In this document: piece after piece, positions 10,955 through 22,114 of the stretch | Layout: each line of letters starts with the position of its first letter | How positions within the stretch are numbered: position 1 is the stretch's first letter | Virus record (IMG/VR): IMGVR_UViG_3300020577_006243 | Location: 14,971-78,970 of that record | Strand: one strand, 5' to 3' | Length of the DNA: 64,000 nucleotides | Origin: a virus | Taxonomy: Duplodnaviria; Caudoviricetes | Program-made: the position numbers and the translations under genes | The notes under the pieces: model-generated | Database searches by the model: none | The model's input: the letters and a program-made list of their open reading frames with translations, nothing else | Told to the model about the DNA's origin: nothing

Positions 10955-10983
10955 ATTTTAACGGTTTCTATACAAAAAATCAA
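10955..10983 (-). promoter_or_regulatory. Sigma70-type early promoter TTGATT-17-TAAAAT
   Basis: 17-nt spacer, A-rich upstream AAAAAAATAC, ATG 8 nt after the -10 box. Confidence 0.6.
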
Positions 10984-10992
10984 GTATTTTTT

Positions 10993-11000
10993 TAAGTTAA
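10993..11000 (+). promoter_or_regulatory. Putative late promoter TAAGTTAA
   Basis: Lies 7 nt before ATG 11008, back-to-back with an early promoter on the other strand. Confidence 0.6.
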
Positions 11001-11007
11001 ATAGGAA

Positions 11008-12870
11008 ATGTTACTAAATGAAAGAAGATTTATAGACACGGAACAACTAGCAAGGCATTTATACGCACATTTAATGCGTCTTCCAGAGATGCACATAAGG
11101 GAATTTTCTCACATCCGTCCATTTCGTCAGTGGCCTGATTTGTATGACGAATTCTATGAAATCGCCTCTCAACATAAATTAAAAGACGAATCAAGATTTA
11201 ATGAAAAAATGAAGAAGATGAAAGGTGAATTTATAATAAGATATTCACCGCATTATTATTCAGATGATAAAAAAGTTTACGGTGTAATTGCTTCTATTAC
11301 AGATTTTCAAATTACTTTACATAAAGCATTTTTTAAAGAGTATAAAAAAAAACAGAGAATAGAAGTTCTCTCACATGAACTTATCCATCTTGTCCAACAT
11401 ATTTTTCCTCATATACCAGACGAGAAAAGAGAATACCAGCATCAACCGTATGAAGTTGAGGCTTTGTCAAAAGATATAGTATATGATTTGAGAGTAAAGA
11501 TTAGAAGAGGGAAGATAAAAAATCAAGAAGAAGCTAGAAAAGAAATAGCAAATAACCCTGATTTTGAAAAATTCACACCAAAACAACAAAATAGAATGAT
11601 GAAAAAAATTCTTCTTGATTTATATTATCATAATCCAATTCACGAAAATTTAAACGAAGCGAGATACATGAATGTTGGTAATTTGCCAGAGATGATGTTA
11701 AAAAGAATAGAAGATGTTCTGTGGTTAAAAAAATTGCCAGTGTTCAAAGGTAAAGATGGTGCCATAAAAATAAGAAACAAACATGAATTACCAAAAAGAA
11801 AAGAAATAGAATATGGACTTTTTTATCTTGATCTTGACTTATGGAAAGAGTTTAAAAAGGTTATGTTAGAGAAATACAGCGAGCATCTTCTTGATGTAAA
11901 GCAAACCAAGAAAATGTATAGAGATAGTATGTTGACGATTTATCCTAATAAAAAAGGAACAGATGGAGCATTCGCTTTTGTTAATCCGTTAGGACTTCAT
12001 TTATTTAAAGATTTCTTTACAATTGGTAAAGAAGAACAGTTGTCAATTCTGCATCACGAAATTACACATCTGTTTCAATCCCAGTTTCCAATATTTGCAG
12101 GAAAGTATTGGGAAAAAATGAAAAGTGGAAAAAATGTTTATGAAAAAGACCCATTTGAACTTCAAGCGTACAGTAGTGAACTTGTTAAAATGATTGGGGA
12201 CTCTGTTAAGAAAAATGAAATAAAATCTATGGAAGAAGTTGCTGTAGCAATTACAGAGCATCCATTCTATCAACTTACGAGCGAGAAATTTAAAAAGAGA
12301 ATGTTTCAAAAGATCATGGCAAACGTAAAAGAAATTTATCATTTACCAACAAAGATTGATGGTTATACAGAAAGTATAAACGAACTTCTTCTACCGTCCA
12401 AAAAATTGGATGACGATACTTTGATAGACAGCATATTAAAAAGAAAAGAATTGAGAAAAGAAGCGATTGAAAGTAAATTTCTTATATTGTTCTTTAGAAT
12501 TTTGAAAGTATATAACATAGAACCAGAAACATTCATAAATAGATATCACAAATATGTAGACGGAGTTGACACGAATAGTATTTCAATAGAAGATATTAAA
12601 GACTTTTTAAGATTTGCTGGTAAGGTAGATGAGCATTCAAAAGTTTTAAGAGTGTTAAGGATTTCTCAGAAAAGATTAGATAATCTTAAAAATAGATTTG
12701 AAACAAAATTGATTGAACCTATGAAGAGAATTATGAGACACGATACGACTGATGCCACACATGCTGGATTACATTTCCCTGCAAGTGGAAAGCGATATAA
12801 TGCTATGCTTATCAATGCTCTTCAAAAAGCAGAAAAGGTAAAAACTTTAAAGGAAAAAGGGGAAATTTAA
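11008..12870 (+). CDS. Tandem zincin-like (HExxH x2) protein, possibly an internal head protein
   Basis: VLSHELIHLVQ...QPYEVEA and ILHHEITHLFQ...DPFELQA; LNE/INE motifs at the domain borders. Confidence 0.55.
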   Translation: MLLNERRFIDTEQLARHLYAHLMRLPEMHIREFSHIRPFRQWPDLYDEFYEIASQHKLKDESRFNEKMKKMKGEFIIRYSPHYYSDDKKVYGVIASITDFQITLHKAFFKEYKKKQRIEVLSHELIHLVQHIFPHIPDEKREYQHQPYEVEALSKDIVYDLRVKIRRGKIKNQEEARKEIANNPDFEKFTPKQQNRMMKKILLDLYYHNPIHENLNEARYMNVGNLPEMMLKRIEDVLWLKKLPVFKGKDGAIKIRNKHELPKRKEIEYGLFYLDLDLWKEFKKVMLEKYSEHLLDVKQTKKMYRDSMLTIYPNKKGTDGAFAFVNPLGLHLFKDFFTIGKEEQLSILHHEITHLFQSQFPIFAGKYWEKMKSGKNVYEKDPFELQAYSSELVKMIGDSVKKNEIKSMEEVAVAITEHPFYQLTSEKFKKRMFQKIMANVKEIYHLPTKIDGYTESINELLLPSKKLDDDTLIDSILKRKELRKEAIESKFLILFFRILKVYNIEPETFINRYHKYVDGVDTNSISIEDIKDFLRFAGKVDEHSKVLRVLRISQKRLDNLKNRFETKLIEPMKRIMRHDTTDATHAGLHFPASGKRYNAMLINALQKAEKVKTLKEKGEI

Positions 12871-13535
12871 CGGATATTTAATATACATTGTTTGAAATCT
12901 TTAAACCCTTTGAAACCAAATTTTTTTATTTTATAAGTTATCGTATCGTTTATTACATGAAATTTTCTACCTAATCTAACGGCAGTTATTTTATTATCTT
13001 GCTTTATTTCATTTATTATGTCCCCGAGTGCTATGTCTACGCATACGGCACTATTTCTACTTATTTTTTTTCTATGTTCTAACGAGAGTGGTTTCCTAAT
13101 TATACCAGCCAATGATTTACTTATCTTTTCTTTATGTTTTTGAGAATGTGGCTTCCCAAACATTGGATTTTTATCACCAATTTTTGATAGTCTTATTTTT
13201 TCTATACTTTCACTTGAGAGTTTGCCTCTATAACCACCTTCTTTCATATTGTAATTTCTATCACTATTCACACCGCCATAATATTCTATAAAAGAATTCT
13301 CTACTATGTTCAAATCTTCTTGAGTAAAGCATTCACATAACATCCTCCATTCAAAGTTTTCTTTGCCATATTTTCTTATTGCGTTATAAAATGGGTAATT
13401 AAACAAATTAGCATTCGCACAGTATAAATGGTCAGATTTTCTCTTTTTAAAATTAGATGTTTGACCTATATACACCTTACCATTTGTTTTATTTGTGACC
13501 TTATATATCACTCCTTTCACACCATTATCTTTCAA
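12867..13535 (-). mobile_element. GIY-YIG homing endonuclease with NUMOD3-like repeats
   Basis: GVIYKVTNKTNGKVYIGQT...RKSDH...YNMKEGG; NPMFGKPHSQKHKEKISKS; antisense among virion genes. Confidence 0.85.
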
Positions 13536-13592
13536 AAAAGATTAGAAATTATGCAAGATATTGTAAGACTTTTTAAGTTATTAGTAACTACT

Positions 13593-16310
13593 ATGAGTGA
13601 AAGACGCGTACATATAACTCGCAATGAACAGATAATCAAGGAATATGGCATTCAGCAAAGGACTGATGACCCAGCTTCACCAATAGAAGGACAGGAATGG
13701 TTCCAATCAGTAGAAGGCGTTAGAAAAGTACGCATCGCTGGTAATGATAAAATCTACGCTTTTAAGGGCGAGAATGAAGGTCAAGTACCGTATTCTACTG
13801 TAGTAAAAAATACAAATGAACTTATAAGTGCAACATCTTCTGGTGTTAACAATACAATATATTTAAAGGTGTATGATTATGACCTTACTTTAACAGCCTA
13901 CTCGCTTGTTACTGAAAAATCCCTCAGATTTCAAGGTGAAACAACTGCACAAACTGCTGGAAAAAGAGTTAGAATTTATACAGACAGCTCGCATTTTGTA
14001 AAGGCAAACCCAACTATTACAACTATTACAAATAACGGTTCTGTTTCTGCGGTAAATGGGTCTAACACAATTAATCTTACTTCTGGTTTATGGGCAACTG
14101 ACTTAAGTGGGCAGTACATATTTATTAATGGTAAATATTATCTCATTAGTTCAAACCCAACACAAACGCAATTAATTCTTTCGGAAGTTTATACAGGACC
14201 AAGTGTCGCCTCGTCTGCATATTTCGTTGCTTATATGATTAAAGACGTTATATTTGAAAACATAGAATTTGTTGGTAAGAATGCATTACATATTGGTTTA
14301 TATCTAAGAAATGTTATTAATCCACAATTCATCAATTGCCGTTTTACAACAGAAACTGCATCCATGTTCCTAAAAGCCGATCTTCAATATACAACTAATG
14401 CATTATTCGTTGATTGTGATTTCAGAAATACAAAATTAGACTTTACTAATGACAACTATGACGCATTTATAAGTGATTGTACGATTAAAACTAACACAAC
14501 TATGGGCAGTGAGTACTTCGTTAAAGTTGATACTCAAAAAGGAGTTACCCAATTACCAACTAATTTCAAGATTACTAATAATACATTCTTTGGTCCAGCT
14601 TCATTTGTTAAATTAGTTTCTTCAAAACAGAACATAATAATGAACAACCTCTGCAAAGAGGTTCTAAACAATCTTGTGTCTATTGATGCTAATTCAAATG
14701 ACAATATGATTGCGAATAATATAGTTAACACACAGGCAAGCTCATCTACAGTATTGTCAATAGCTTCTAAATACAATGTTATAGCAGATAACAGAATAGT
14801 AAAAACATCTGGTTATGCAATTGACCTTGCGTCAACAGCACAATACAACTCTATTGTTGGAAACTTACTTACGGGTGGCGCAACAATAAATGATACTTTG
14901 CCATCAATCAATTTTAACAGAATAGAAGATGATTTGTCAAGGCTTGGTAGTGCGTCAACAGGGACATCTAAGGATTTAATTGACAGGTTAAATGATGTTA
15001 TAACAACTCTTCAAAATAAACCCAAAGTATTAATCCAACAAAATGTAGCTGTTGACCCAGCACTTACAAATGAAACATTTGTATATTGGAATGACGCTAA
15101 CAACCAATACGAAAAAGCAGATGGGTCTAACCTTGCTAAAGATAATGCATATGGGATGGTAGTTAACATAAGTGGATCAAGTGGCGATATACAATTTATT
15201 GGTATTAGAGAAATTTTATCTGCGCCATCTGGAAATCCACAAATAACACACCTTTATAATAGTGGCTATATCGGTGAGAAATTTTACTTAGGTGTTGATG
15301 GAGTATTAGTTCCTGAAAGCATACTTTTAACAAACGTCTCTGGTGTTCCTACAAATCAAAAATCAATGGGAGTACTTATAGACGTTGTTGGTGGGACGTT
15401 GCCACAATTCTTGTTACTACCGACAGAGGAATATAAATATGGCACTCCTTCAAATTATTGGCAACTTGGTAAAAATGATAGTAGCTTTAAGTATCTCAGC
15501 TTTGGCACAGTATCTGGAACTGTCAGTCAAATTGCTTTCAATTCTACTAATGGAACCATCCTCTATATTAAAAATGACAAATCCGGCGAGATTACTCAAC
15601 CTTTTAATAATAATTACTTGGCTAATACCGTTAATTCTTATCAAGGAGCTAATCTTTTATCTAGCGTCTCTTCTGGATCAATCACAGTTTCCAATCATAG
15701 CATATTTATTGGTGGATACCGTCAAGATAAGTCTACGACTGTTTTAAATCCAATAACTGGTTACAGTGGCGACGTATTCTTATTTGATACATCAGTTGGC
15801 ACTATAGTTGACTCTGGAATTGTTAATGGAGTTTACATAGGATTACAAGAGCAATCAGGTGGAATATTCTTAACAAACAAAACTACAAATGTAGCTTCAT
15901 TTGGAAGAATAGAAAGATATAATGCGAATGACATAACTCCAGATTCTAATTCGTTTGTAGAACTTGAAAAAGTATATATTCCGATCTATAGTAATTCAGG
16001 TGGAGTTGATGTTGTCGTTACTGCATCAACTCAAGCAAGATCATCAATGCAAACACTTTATCCGCATCAGATAGTTAACATAAAATTAAGAGTTAATGAT
16101 GTAGATGTTACTGGAAGTTTAAGAAGAGATTCGCTTTACTTCGTAGCATCTGGTGAAGTTTCATATTCAGATATGAGCGTAAGTAAACTAGTTAATGTTT
16201 ATAGTGCGGCATCTGGTATGATTAAAGTATCCTTAATGGGTAGATATGAATACGGTGGATCAGTATCTCCTGTTACATTCAATAATACAAATTTAAGAGT
16301 AGAAGTATAA
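13593..16310 (+). CDS. Virion protein with parallel beta-helix (pectin-lyase-like) region; tail spike/fibre
   Basis: N-rich repeats such as NIIMNN, NMIANN, NVIADNRI; start placed at ATG 13593 behind TAAGTTA (13574-13580) rather than at 13428. Confidence 0.65.
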   Translation: MSERRVHITRNEQIIKEYGIQQRTDDPASPIEGQEWFQSVEGVRKVRIAGNDKIYAFKGENEGQVPYSTVVKNTNELISATSSGVNNTIYLKVYDYDLTLTAYSLVTEKSLRFQGETTAQTAGKRVRIYTDSSHFVKANPTITTITNNGSVSAVNGSNTINLTSGLWATDLSGQYIFINGKYYLISSNPTQTQLILSEVYTGPSVASSAYFVAYMIKDVIFENIEFVGKNALHIGLYLRNVINPQFINCRFTTETASMFLKADLQYTTNALFVDCDFRNTKLDFTNDNYDAFISDCTIKTNTTMGSEYFVKVDTQKGVTQLPTNFKITNNTFFGPASFVKLVSSKQNIIMNNLCKEVLNNLVSIDANSNDNMIANNIVNTQASSSTVLSIASKYNVIADNRIVKTSGYAIDLASTAQYNSIVGNLLTGGATINDTLPSINFNRIEDDLSRLGSASTGTSKDLIDRLNDVITTLQNKPKVLIQQNVAVDPALTNETFVYWNDANNQYEKADGSNLAKDNAYGMVVNISGSSGDIQFIGIREILSAPSGNPQITHLYNSGYIGEKFYLGVDGVLVPESILLTNVSGVPTNQKSMGVLIDVVGGTLPQFLLLPTEEYKYGTPSNYWQLGKNDSSFKYLSFGTVSGTVSQIAFNSTNGTILYIKNDKSGEITQPFNNNYLANTVNSYQGANLLSSVSSGSITVSNHSIFIGGYRQDKSTTVLNPITGYSGDVFLFDTSVGTIVDSGIVNGVYIGLQEQSGGIFLTNKTTNVASFGRIERYNANDITPDSNSFVELEKVYIPIYSNSGGVDVVVTASTQARSSMQTLYPHQIVNIKLRVNDVDVTGSLRRDSLYFVASGEVSYSDMSVSKLVNVYSAASGMIKVSLMGRYEYGGSVSPVTFNNTNLRVEV

Positions 16311-16311
16311 A

Positions 16312-19300
16312 ATGCCTATAGCAACCGAAACACGTTTAAAAGGTACCCACCAGTTTACAGACGTAATTACTGATATTATCAGAAATTACGCTGTAACTGC
16401 TATAAAATTAAATCCGGATGTAGCTGGCAATGGTATTATACTTGATGAAAACAATAAAATAAGTTTCACAGGATATACAATTGTTAAAAACGAAGCTGAG
16501 TTAGCGTTTCAGTTAGCAAGTGGCACTACTACAAATATTTTATTCAAAGAAGGTGTTTATAATATTGGTGATAGTTTAGTTTTAAGAAAACCATATTCGT
16601 TTATCGGTGAAAATAAAAAGAATACATTAATCAGCCTTTCTCCATCTGGACAAATTTATTTTTATCCGCAATCAGGTCAAATTGTAAATGGTACTGCTAC
16701 CCTTCAAACTGAAAGCACAGTAATATTAAGCAACCCAGATGTTTCTGGGACAATGACATTTGGTTCATACGCTGGTGCATCACTTATTCTTGATGATATT
16801 CCTTATAAAGTTGTTAGTGTTATCTCTGGTGAAGTTACTGGAACGGCAGTTGTACAATTGTCAGAACCATACACAAGTCCATCGTTTGTTGGAAAATCAT
16901 TTAAGATGCAATATTTATTAGATTTTGTTGTATTAAAAAATATAGGTTTCTCGTCTGCATACAACGATGGTATAATTAAAATTGATAGTGTAAGAAATCT
17001 TTTAATTGATGACGTTGAAATTAGAGGTTCCGATGTTACAAACAGTCCTTCTCAGGGACTTAACATCAACAACACATTTTTCTCAAGAATAAATAATTTA
17101 GATGTAACATTAACAAAAGTTACTCTACCATTAAGCGAGAATAAAGAATATGGCGTTTATATATCTAATAGTAGATATATTAGTCTTTCAAATGTGAATA
17201 TTTATAATACCAATTCAAATGGTATTTACTTACTTTCTGACAAATTTATAGAATTGGATGGATTGAAAGTTTTTGGGATTGATGGAAATCCGTTAAGAAT
17301 AAGTGCGTCAGAAAACATTACAGTAAACTCCTCAAGTTTCAAAACATTTGGTTTAAAGTCAACAATTCTTAATTCAGATCAAATTTTAATAAACGGGAGT
17401 AGTTTTACTAGTGTATCAGATCAACAAGCAATTGAAATAACAGAAAGCCACGTTGGTTTGTTAAATAATAATTTTTATAACACTTATGTTAGAGTGTTAA
17501 ATACAACACAAGAAACAATAATCTCTTCAAATGAATTTGAAAATATTGTGTCAACAACAAATTCTCTTTATATATATGGTAAAGAGAGAAGTGTTATTGA
17601 TGGCAACATATTCAACACACTTGCTACTAACTCTATTTTAGTTAATAGTGGAAACGCTATAGTAAGTAATAACTATTTTTCAAATGCGACAAATGCTGTA
17701 ACTGCTCAAACATATTCAAGTTTGATACTGTCAAATAACGTAGTAGAACAAAACACAAATGGTTTTGTATTTGATAGCACAGTAACAAATTCAAGTGTTA
17801 ATAATAACTCGTTTAGTGTATCTAACTATGCTATAAACATAGCGGCTACAGGCAATTATGTTACAAGTAATACATTAATTTCCGGAACAGTAAATCTTGC
17901 GTTCGGGAATGTATTCCCATTCTTAACTACTTTTGAACCTTACTATTCAGGATTAGTTGACATTGGTTCAAATCTTAAACCAGTAAAAGACATTTATGTT
18001 AATAACGCAGTAAGAAGTAAAAATCTTATTCTAAACAATGGTGCTATTTTCGGTGCTAATGAAATAAATTTAAGTGGCCATGTAGTTACTGTAGACGCAT
18101 CACATTTATACATTGATGGCGAAGACCTTGCTGGATTAAGTTTAACAGATATTCAATATGTTCATAATCAAGTTGTAGTTTCTTCGAGTTGGACAATTAA
18201 ACATAATCTTGGAACAAAAAATGTAGCGGTAACTATATTTGACGAATTTGACCAAATGATAGAACCAGCGACTGTTTCAAATATTGATGTGAACAAAATA
18301 TTAGTAACATTTGGTTCTTTGATAAAAGGTAGAGCGATTGTTCACTCTGCTGGAACTAAATCAAATAACACTGGATACGCAGGATACTCTTACACACATC
18401 AACAAACATCTCTCGCTCCTATATGGACTATATCACATAATTTACAATCTACAAATCTTATTGTCCAAACTTATGATGAAAATGATGAAATGTATCTACC
18501 GTCAACAGTTAAATTTATTGACGATAATACTGTTAAGGTATATAACGCATACGCTAAAAAAGGTAAGGCAGTTTTATTCTCAGAAAACGCATTCAATATA
18601 GGAACAAGTCAATATGTATTTAGACAAAACGTAGCAAGCGCAAATTGGACTATCCCACATAATAGATCGTCAAAAGATTTTGTAATATCTGTATACGACG
18701 ACCCAGATGCCGGTACTATAATTCCTAATGCTTCTATTGTAATCAATGATGAAAATACAGTTTATGTTAATTTAACAAGTGGAACAGTTGGTAGAGCAAT
18801 TTTAGTATTTGCTTCTGCTAATCCAGTAAGATTTACAGACGTTAAATACGTTCATACACAGTCATCATTATCAACAGTATGGGACATTCTTCATAATTTA
18901 AACACAGAGGATGTTTCTGTTGTCATGTATGATAATACTGGAAGTCAAATACTTACTGGTGTTAACTACACTAAAATAATTGATCCAGACTATGTTCAAG
19001 TTCAATTTTCATCTGCTAAAGCAGGTAAAGCAATTGTTCTGGCTCCAATAAGTTCTAACCGTATAACTACTATAGAAGATAATGTAGGGACATTAACAAA
19101 TCTGTTAACTGATGACCAAACAAGTATTGTTAATTCAGTTAATGAAATTTATACATTAATTACTGACAATGATATTAATAAAAACAGAATTGTAAACGGT
19201 GATTTCATGTTCTCTTATGAATATGGTGATTACAATTCAGGAGTTGTGACATCAGGTGTTCCTGCTGGAATTGTTACGAGTGGAACTTATGTTGGAGATA

Positions 19301-20223
19301 TATTCAAATACAATTTCTCAGGAGCCGCTCAAGTAGCATGGACTAGAACGACAGATGTTCCAAATACAAATGACAGAAGTTCACATAGTATTAGATTTGA
19401 TGTCATATCTGGTGAAGCAATTGGGTTAAACGATTTCTATGCATTTCAAATTCCAATAGAAGGATATAAAATTGCTGACACATACAACTCTACAACGTCA
19501 TTTAGTTTCTATGCTAAGACAAATAAGCCAGGAACTTATTCTATTGCATTAAGAGGTTCTCATGCAACTTCTCCAAAAACTACATATATCACACCATTTA
19601 CAGTTGGGGCAATAAACACATGGGAAAAGATTAGTGTTGTAATTCCTTCTGATGCTAACTGGCCTTATTATTACAATGATACAGGTCTTGGGCTTGAAGC
19701 TAATATCGTATTAGCCGCAGGCTCTGGTTATATGTCAGTTGGTGATAATGCGTGGTATGCAGATTTAACAAATGATTTCCGTTCTCCTAGTCAGGATACC
19801 AACCTTACAGAATACACAAGTGGTCATATGTATATTACAAGATTGAAATATGAAAAAGGTAACGCTGCTACAAACTTCATCCCTGGTGATATAGCAGATG
19901 AGAGAAGGAAGATGGATAGATATTACCAAGTGCTTTCTGGCAAGCAACAAGTAACTACATATGTTGGTGTTAATAACGACGCTATGATTATGATTAATCA
20001 TAGAGAAGAAATGAGAACAACACCAACCGCTGATATTAAAAATGTTATGGTTTCAAATAATAACACAACATGGGTTTCTGGAACTATAGTAGCTATAGAG
20101 AGTGCTAACAAATACAGCACAACACTATATACTTCTTATAGTGGTGCATATAAGTTTGTTGGTGGTGATGGAAGCTATGATGGAATGAGTGGTTTCATCA
20201 TTCATAATAAAGCAAGGCTTTAA
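16312..20223 (+). CDS. Large tail spike/fibre: beta-helix, four HNL-type repeats and C-terminal carbohydrate-binding-like domain
   Basis: LFKEGVYNI then right-handed beta-helix pattern; NRIVNGDF...ERRKMDRYYQ C-terminal fibre module. Confidence 0.7.
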   Translation: MPIATETRLKGTHQFTDVITDIIRNYAVTAIKLNPDVAGNGIILDENNKISFTGYTIVKNEAELAFQLASGTTTNILFKEGVYNIGDSLVLRKPYSFIGENKKNTLISLSPSGQIYFYPQSGQIVNGTATLQTESTVILSNPDVSGTMTFGSYAGASLILDDIPYKVVSVISGEVTGTAVVQLSEPYTSPSFVGKSFKMQYLLDFVVLKNIGFSSAYNDGIIKIDSVRNLLIDDVEIRGSDVTNSPSQGLNINNTFFSRINNLDVTLTKVTLPLSENKEYGVYISNSRYISLSNVNIYNTNSNGIYLLSDKFIELDGLKVFGIDGNPLRISASENITVNSSSFKTFGLKSTILNSDQILINGSSFTSVSDQQAIEITESHVGLLNNNFYNTYVRVLNTTQETIISSNEFENIVSTTNSLYIYGKERSVIDGNIFNTLATNSILVNSGNAIVSNNYFSNATNAVTAQTYSSLILSNNVVEQNTNGFVFDSTVTNSSVNNNSFSVSNYAINIAATGNYVTSNTLISGTVNLAFGNVFPFLTTFEPYYSGLVDIGSNLKPVKDIYVNNAVRSKNLILNNGAIFGANEINLSGHVVTVDASHLYIDGEDLAGLSLTDIQYVHNQVVVSSSWTIKHNLGTKNVAVTIFDEFDQMIEPATVSNIDVNKILVTFGSLIKGRAIVHSAGTKSNNTGYAGYSYTHQQTSLAPIWTISHNLQSTNLIVQTYDENDEMYLPSTVKFIDDNTVKVYNAYAKKGKAVLFSENAFNIGTSQYVFRQNVASANWTIPHNRSSKDFVISVYDDPDAGTIIPNASIVINDENTVYVNLTSGTVGRAILVFASANPVRFTDVKYVHTQSSLSTVWDILHNLNTEDVSVVMYDNTGSQILTGVNYTKIIDPDYVQVQFSSAKAGKAIVLAPISSNRITTIEDNVGTLTNLLTDDQTSIVNSVNEIYTLITDNDINKNRIVNGDFMFSYEYGDYNSGVVTSGVPAGIVTSGTYVGDIFKYNFSGAAQVAWTRTTDVPNTNDRSSHSIRFDVISGEAIGLNDFYAFQIPIEGYKIADTYNSTTSFSFYAKTNKPGTYSIALRGSHATSPKTTYITPFTVGAINTWEKISVVIPSDANWPYYYNDTGLGLEANIVLAAGSGYMSVGDNAWYADLTNDFRSPSQDTNLTEYTSGHMYITRLKYEKGNAATNFIPGDIADERRKMDRYYQVLSGKQQVTTYVGVNNDAMIMINHREEMRTTPTADIKNVMVSNNNTTWVSGTIVAIESANKYSTTLYTSYSGAYKFVGGDGSYDGMSGFIIHNKARL
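18157..19044 (+). repeat. Four protein-level repeats Y(V/T)(H/F)xQ...W(T/D)IxHN...G(R/K)A(I/V)
   Basis: YVHNQVVVSSSWTIKHNL, YTHQQTSLAPIWTISHNL, YVFRQNVASANWTIPHNR, YVHTQSSLSTVWDILHNL. Confidence 0.8.
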
Positions 20224-20225
20224 TA

Positions 20226-20357
20226 TTATTTTATAAGACATTTAGAGAAATTATTTTCTCTAGCTGTATAGAATGTTTCGTCGCAATTAGTTATATAGTG
20301 GTACAATCCAAAAAGTATTGCTAATGATAGTATTGAAGTTGCAATAAATGTCTTCAT
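20226..20357 (-). CDS. Small membrane protein (43 aa), not in the ORF track
   Basis: MKTFIATSILSLAILFGLYHYITNCDETFYTARENNFSKCLIK; TAATG coupling with the upstream gene. Confidence 0.55.
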   Translation of the reverse strand: MKTFIATSILSLAILFGLYHYITNCDETFYTARENNFSKCLIK

Positions 20358-20887
20358 TACATTCCAACTACGTTTTGGACTATCTTCCATTCGCCGTTAA
20401 CATTCTTTCTATACATGAATACCATTACTGGTGGGAGGATACCTCTGAATTTTTCTTGAAGTGGAAAGACAACAAAATAATCACCTGGAACAAGAAGTCT
20501 ACTATATTTATCTCTTATCTGGTCAACTCCCATTAGTTCTCTATAACTAAGAATATAAATCAAATTCATTTGAAACACATCTTCAAAGGATTTACCTTTT
20601 AAATATTGATCGTATTCTTTACTTTCATAAAATTCCTGAAGTCTTTCAAGTATTGGCCCAGATGAAGAAAAACTATTTATATATGCCTTATCACCGTTAA
20701 TGAATAATTGCATATGGTCTTTTGATGTATGGTAAATTTCTGTTTTATCCCTTAATTCTTTTTCAAAAAAGTCTTCAGCTCTAATGGGATAAATCATTAG
20801 GTATATGGCTGGAACTAGTGCGTACAATAATCTTTTGAACATCAATACTAACTTTTTTGAAAAAGTAGTTTTAACAGCTTTTTTCAA
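20357..20887 (-). CDS. Hypothetical exported protein
   Basis: Hydrophobic N-terminal segment RLLYALVPAIYLMIYPIRA resembles a signal peptide; start codon uncertain. Confidence 0.5.
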   Translation of the reverse strand: MKKAVKTTFSKKLVLMFKRLLYALVPAIYLMIYPIRAEDFFEKELRDKTEIYHTSKDHMQLFINGDKAYINSFSSSGPILERLQEFYESKEYDQYLKGKSFEDVFQMNLIYILSYRELMGVDQIRDKYSRLLVPGDYFVVFPLQEKFRGILPPVMVFMYRKNVNGEWKIVQNVVGM

Positions 20888-20892
20888 AAAAA

Positions 20893-22107
20893 TTAACGAG
20901 ACGTAATTTCTTCAAATTGTTTTATTCCAAAAGGAATGACAGACGAATGAGAGATCAATAATGGGCCATGATAGTTAATCATATCAATTACAATGCGCCC
21001 TGTGTCATCCTGGTAACGTACAAAGCCTGTTTCCATAGGTTTTGGGGATAATTTAAGGAGTGAAATAAGTGTTTCATGGTTAGAAATAGGGCAATCTTTG
21101 GATGCACAAATAGCATAATAATAGCGTCCTTCTTTTCCACGTATATTTTGATTTATAAACATTGTGGTATTTTTCAAATTATCGTAATCATAATTTGTCT
21201 CTAGGTCAACTATTGCTTTTATTCTAAAAGCTCGTTTATCTCTAAACTCATGGCATTTCTCATATTCTTCCATTGTGTCATTTTTACATTCGCCATTCGT
21301 TCTTGTTTTCATTAATTGATATCTAGGTGATGAACCATTTGAATAAGCAAATATAAATACATTTTCATTATTCTCATAAAGTTCATTTGTAAATATCTCA
21401 TCATATTTATCCCAAAACGCACTCTTGTCAAAGAATGTCCATGTGTTACCGACGTATCTATTGCCGTCATAAACTCTATTATGACAAGCGGCTTGAAGCC
21501 TGTCAGTTTTAACGTCAGAACCTTCGGCATCTACAAACACGTAGTTATCTGGAAGGAACATAAGATCATCCTTATATTTATCATTTCTTCTCATAAGAGC
21601 AAGCATTTCCATAGGAAGATTACTTTTATGTATTCCATAATCCGATCCTCTTATACCTATCAAAACTCTACTTTTATGATGATTGTATTTATCTAAATTA
21701 TTTACGTGTAGTAATGATGGCCAGTCGTTTATAATAGTGATTCCAGTAAACGAATTAGTGTCATTTTTATTTTCGCCAAAGAAATTAAGATAAGGATAGG
21801 CATAAAAAGGCTGTGGGATTACATCTGCCGCTTTCCATCTACAGTCAAAAAATCTTCCTTCATCTTTTGGTTGTAGTTTATAGTATTTGTCTCTTATATT
21901 ATAATATAAGAAATCATGTTCTTGACGTTTTACTTCTGATGCTTTTTCAGCCGCCCACTCAGCTTCTATTTTTTCATTACGTGCCTTTATTTTTGGATGA
22001 ATTCTGAAATAAAATAGAGAAAAAACTGATCCAAATATAAACAAACCAGACGTTATCAAAAAGGCAATAAAAGACCTGTATGGGAATGCTTGTCCGGTTT
22101 GTTTCAT
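20893..22107 (-). CDS. Membrane-anchored hypothetical protein
   Basis: N-terminal TM segment FIAFLITSGLFIFGSVFSLFYF; AAAGTTAA motif 7 nt upstream of the ATG. Confidence 0.6.
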   Translation of the reverse strand: MKQTGQAFPYRSFIAFLITSGLFIFGSVFSLFYFRIHPKIKARNEKIEAEWAAEKASEVKRQEHDFLYYNIRDKYYKLQPKDEGRFFDCRWKAADVIPQPFYAYPYLNFFGENKNDTNSFTGITIINDWPSLLHVNNLDKYNHHKSRVLIGIRGSDYGIHKSNLPMEMLALMRRNDKYKDDLMFLPDNYVFVDAEGSDVKTDRLQAACHNRVYDGNRYVGNTWTFFDKSAFWDKYDEIFTNELYENNENVFIFAYSNGSSPRYQLMKTRTNGECKNDTMEEYEKCHEFRDKRAFRIKAIVDLETNYDYDNLKNTTMFINQNIRGKEGRYYYAICASKDCPISNHETLISLLKLSPKPMETGFVRYQDDTGRIVIDMINYHGPLLISHSSVIPFGIKQFEEITSR

Positions 22108-22114
22108 ATTTTAT

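Noticed and set aside
13428-13592. N-terminal extension of the 960-aa ORF
   Set aside because: It overlaps the antisense GIY-YIG gene; the late-type motif supports ATG 13593.
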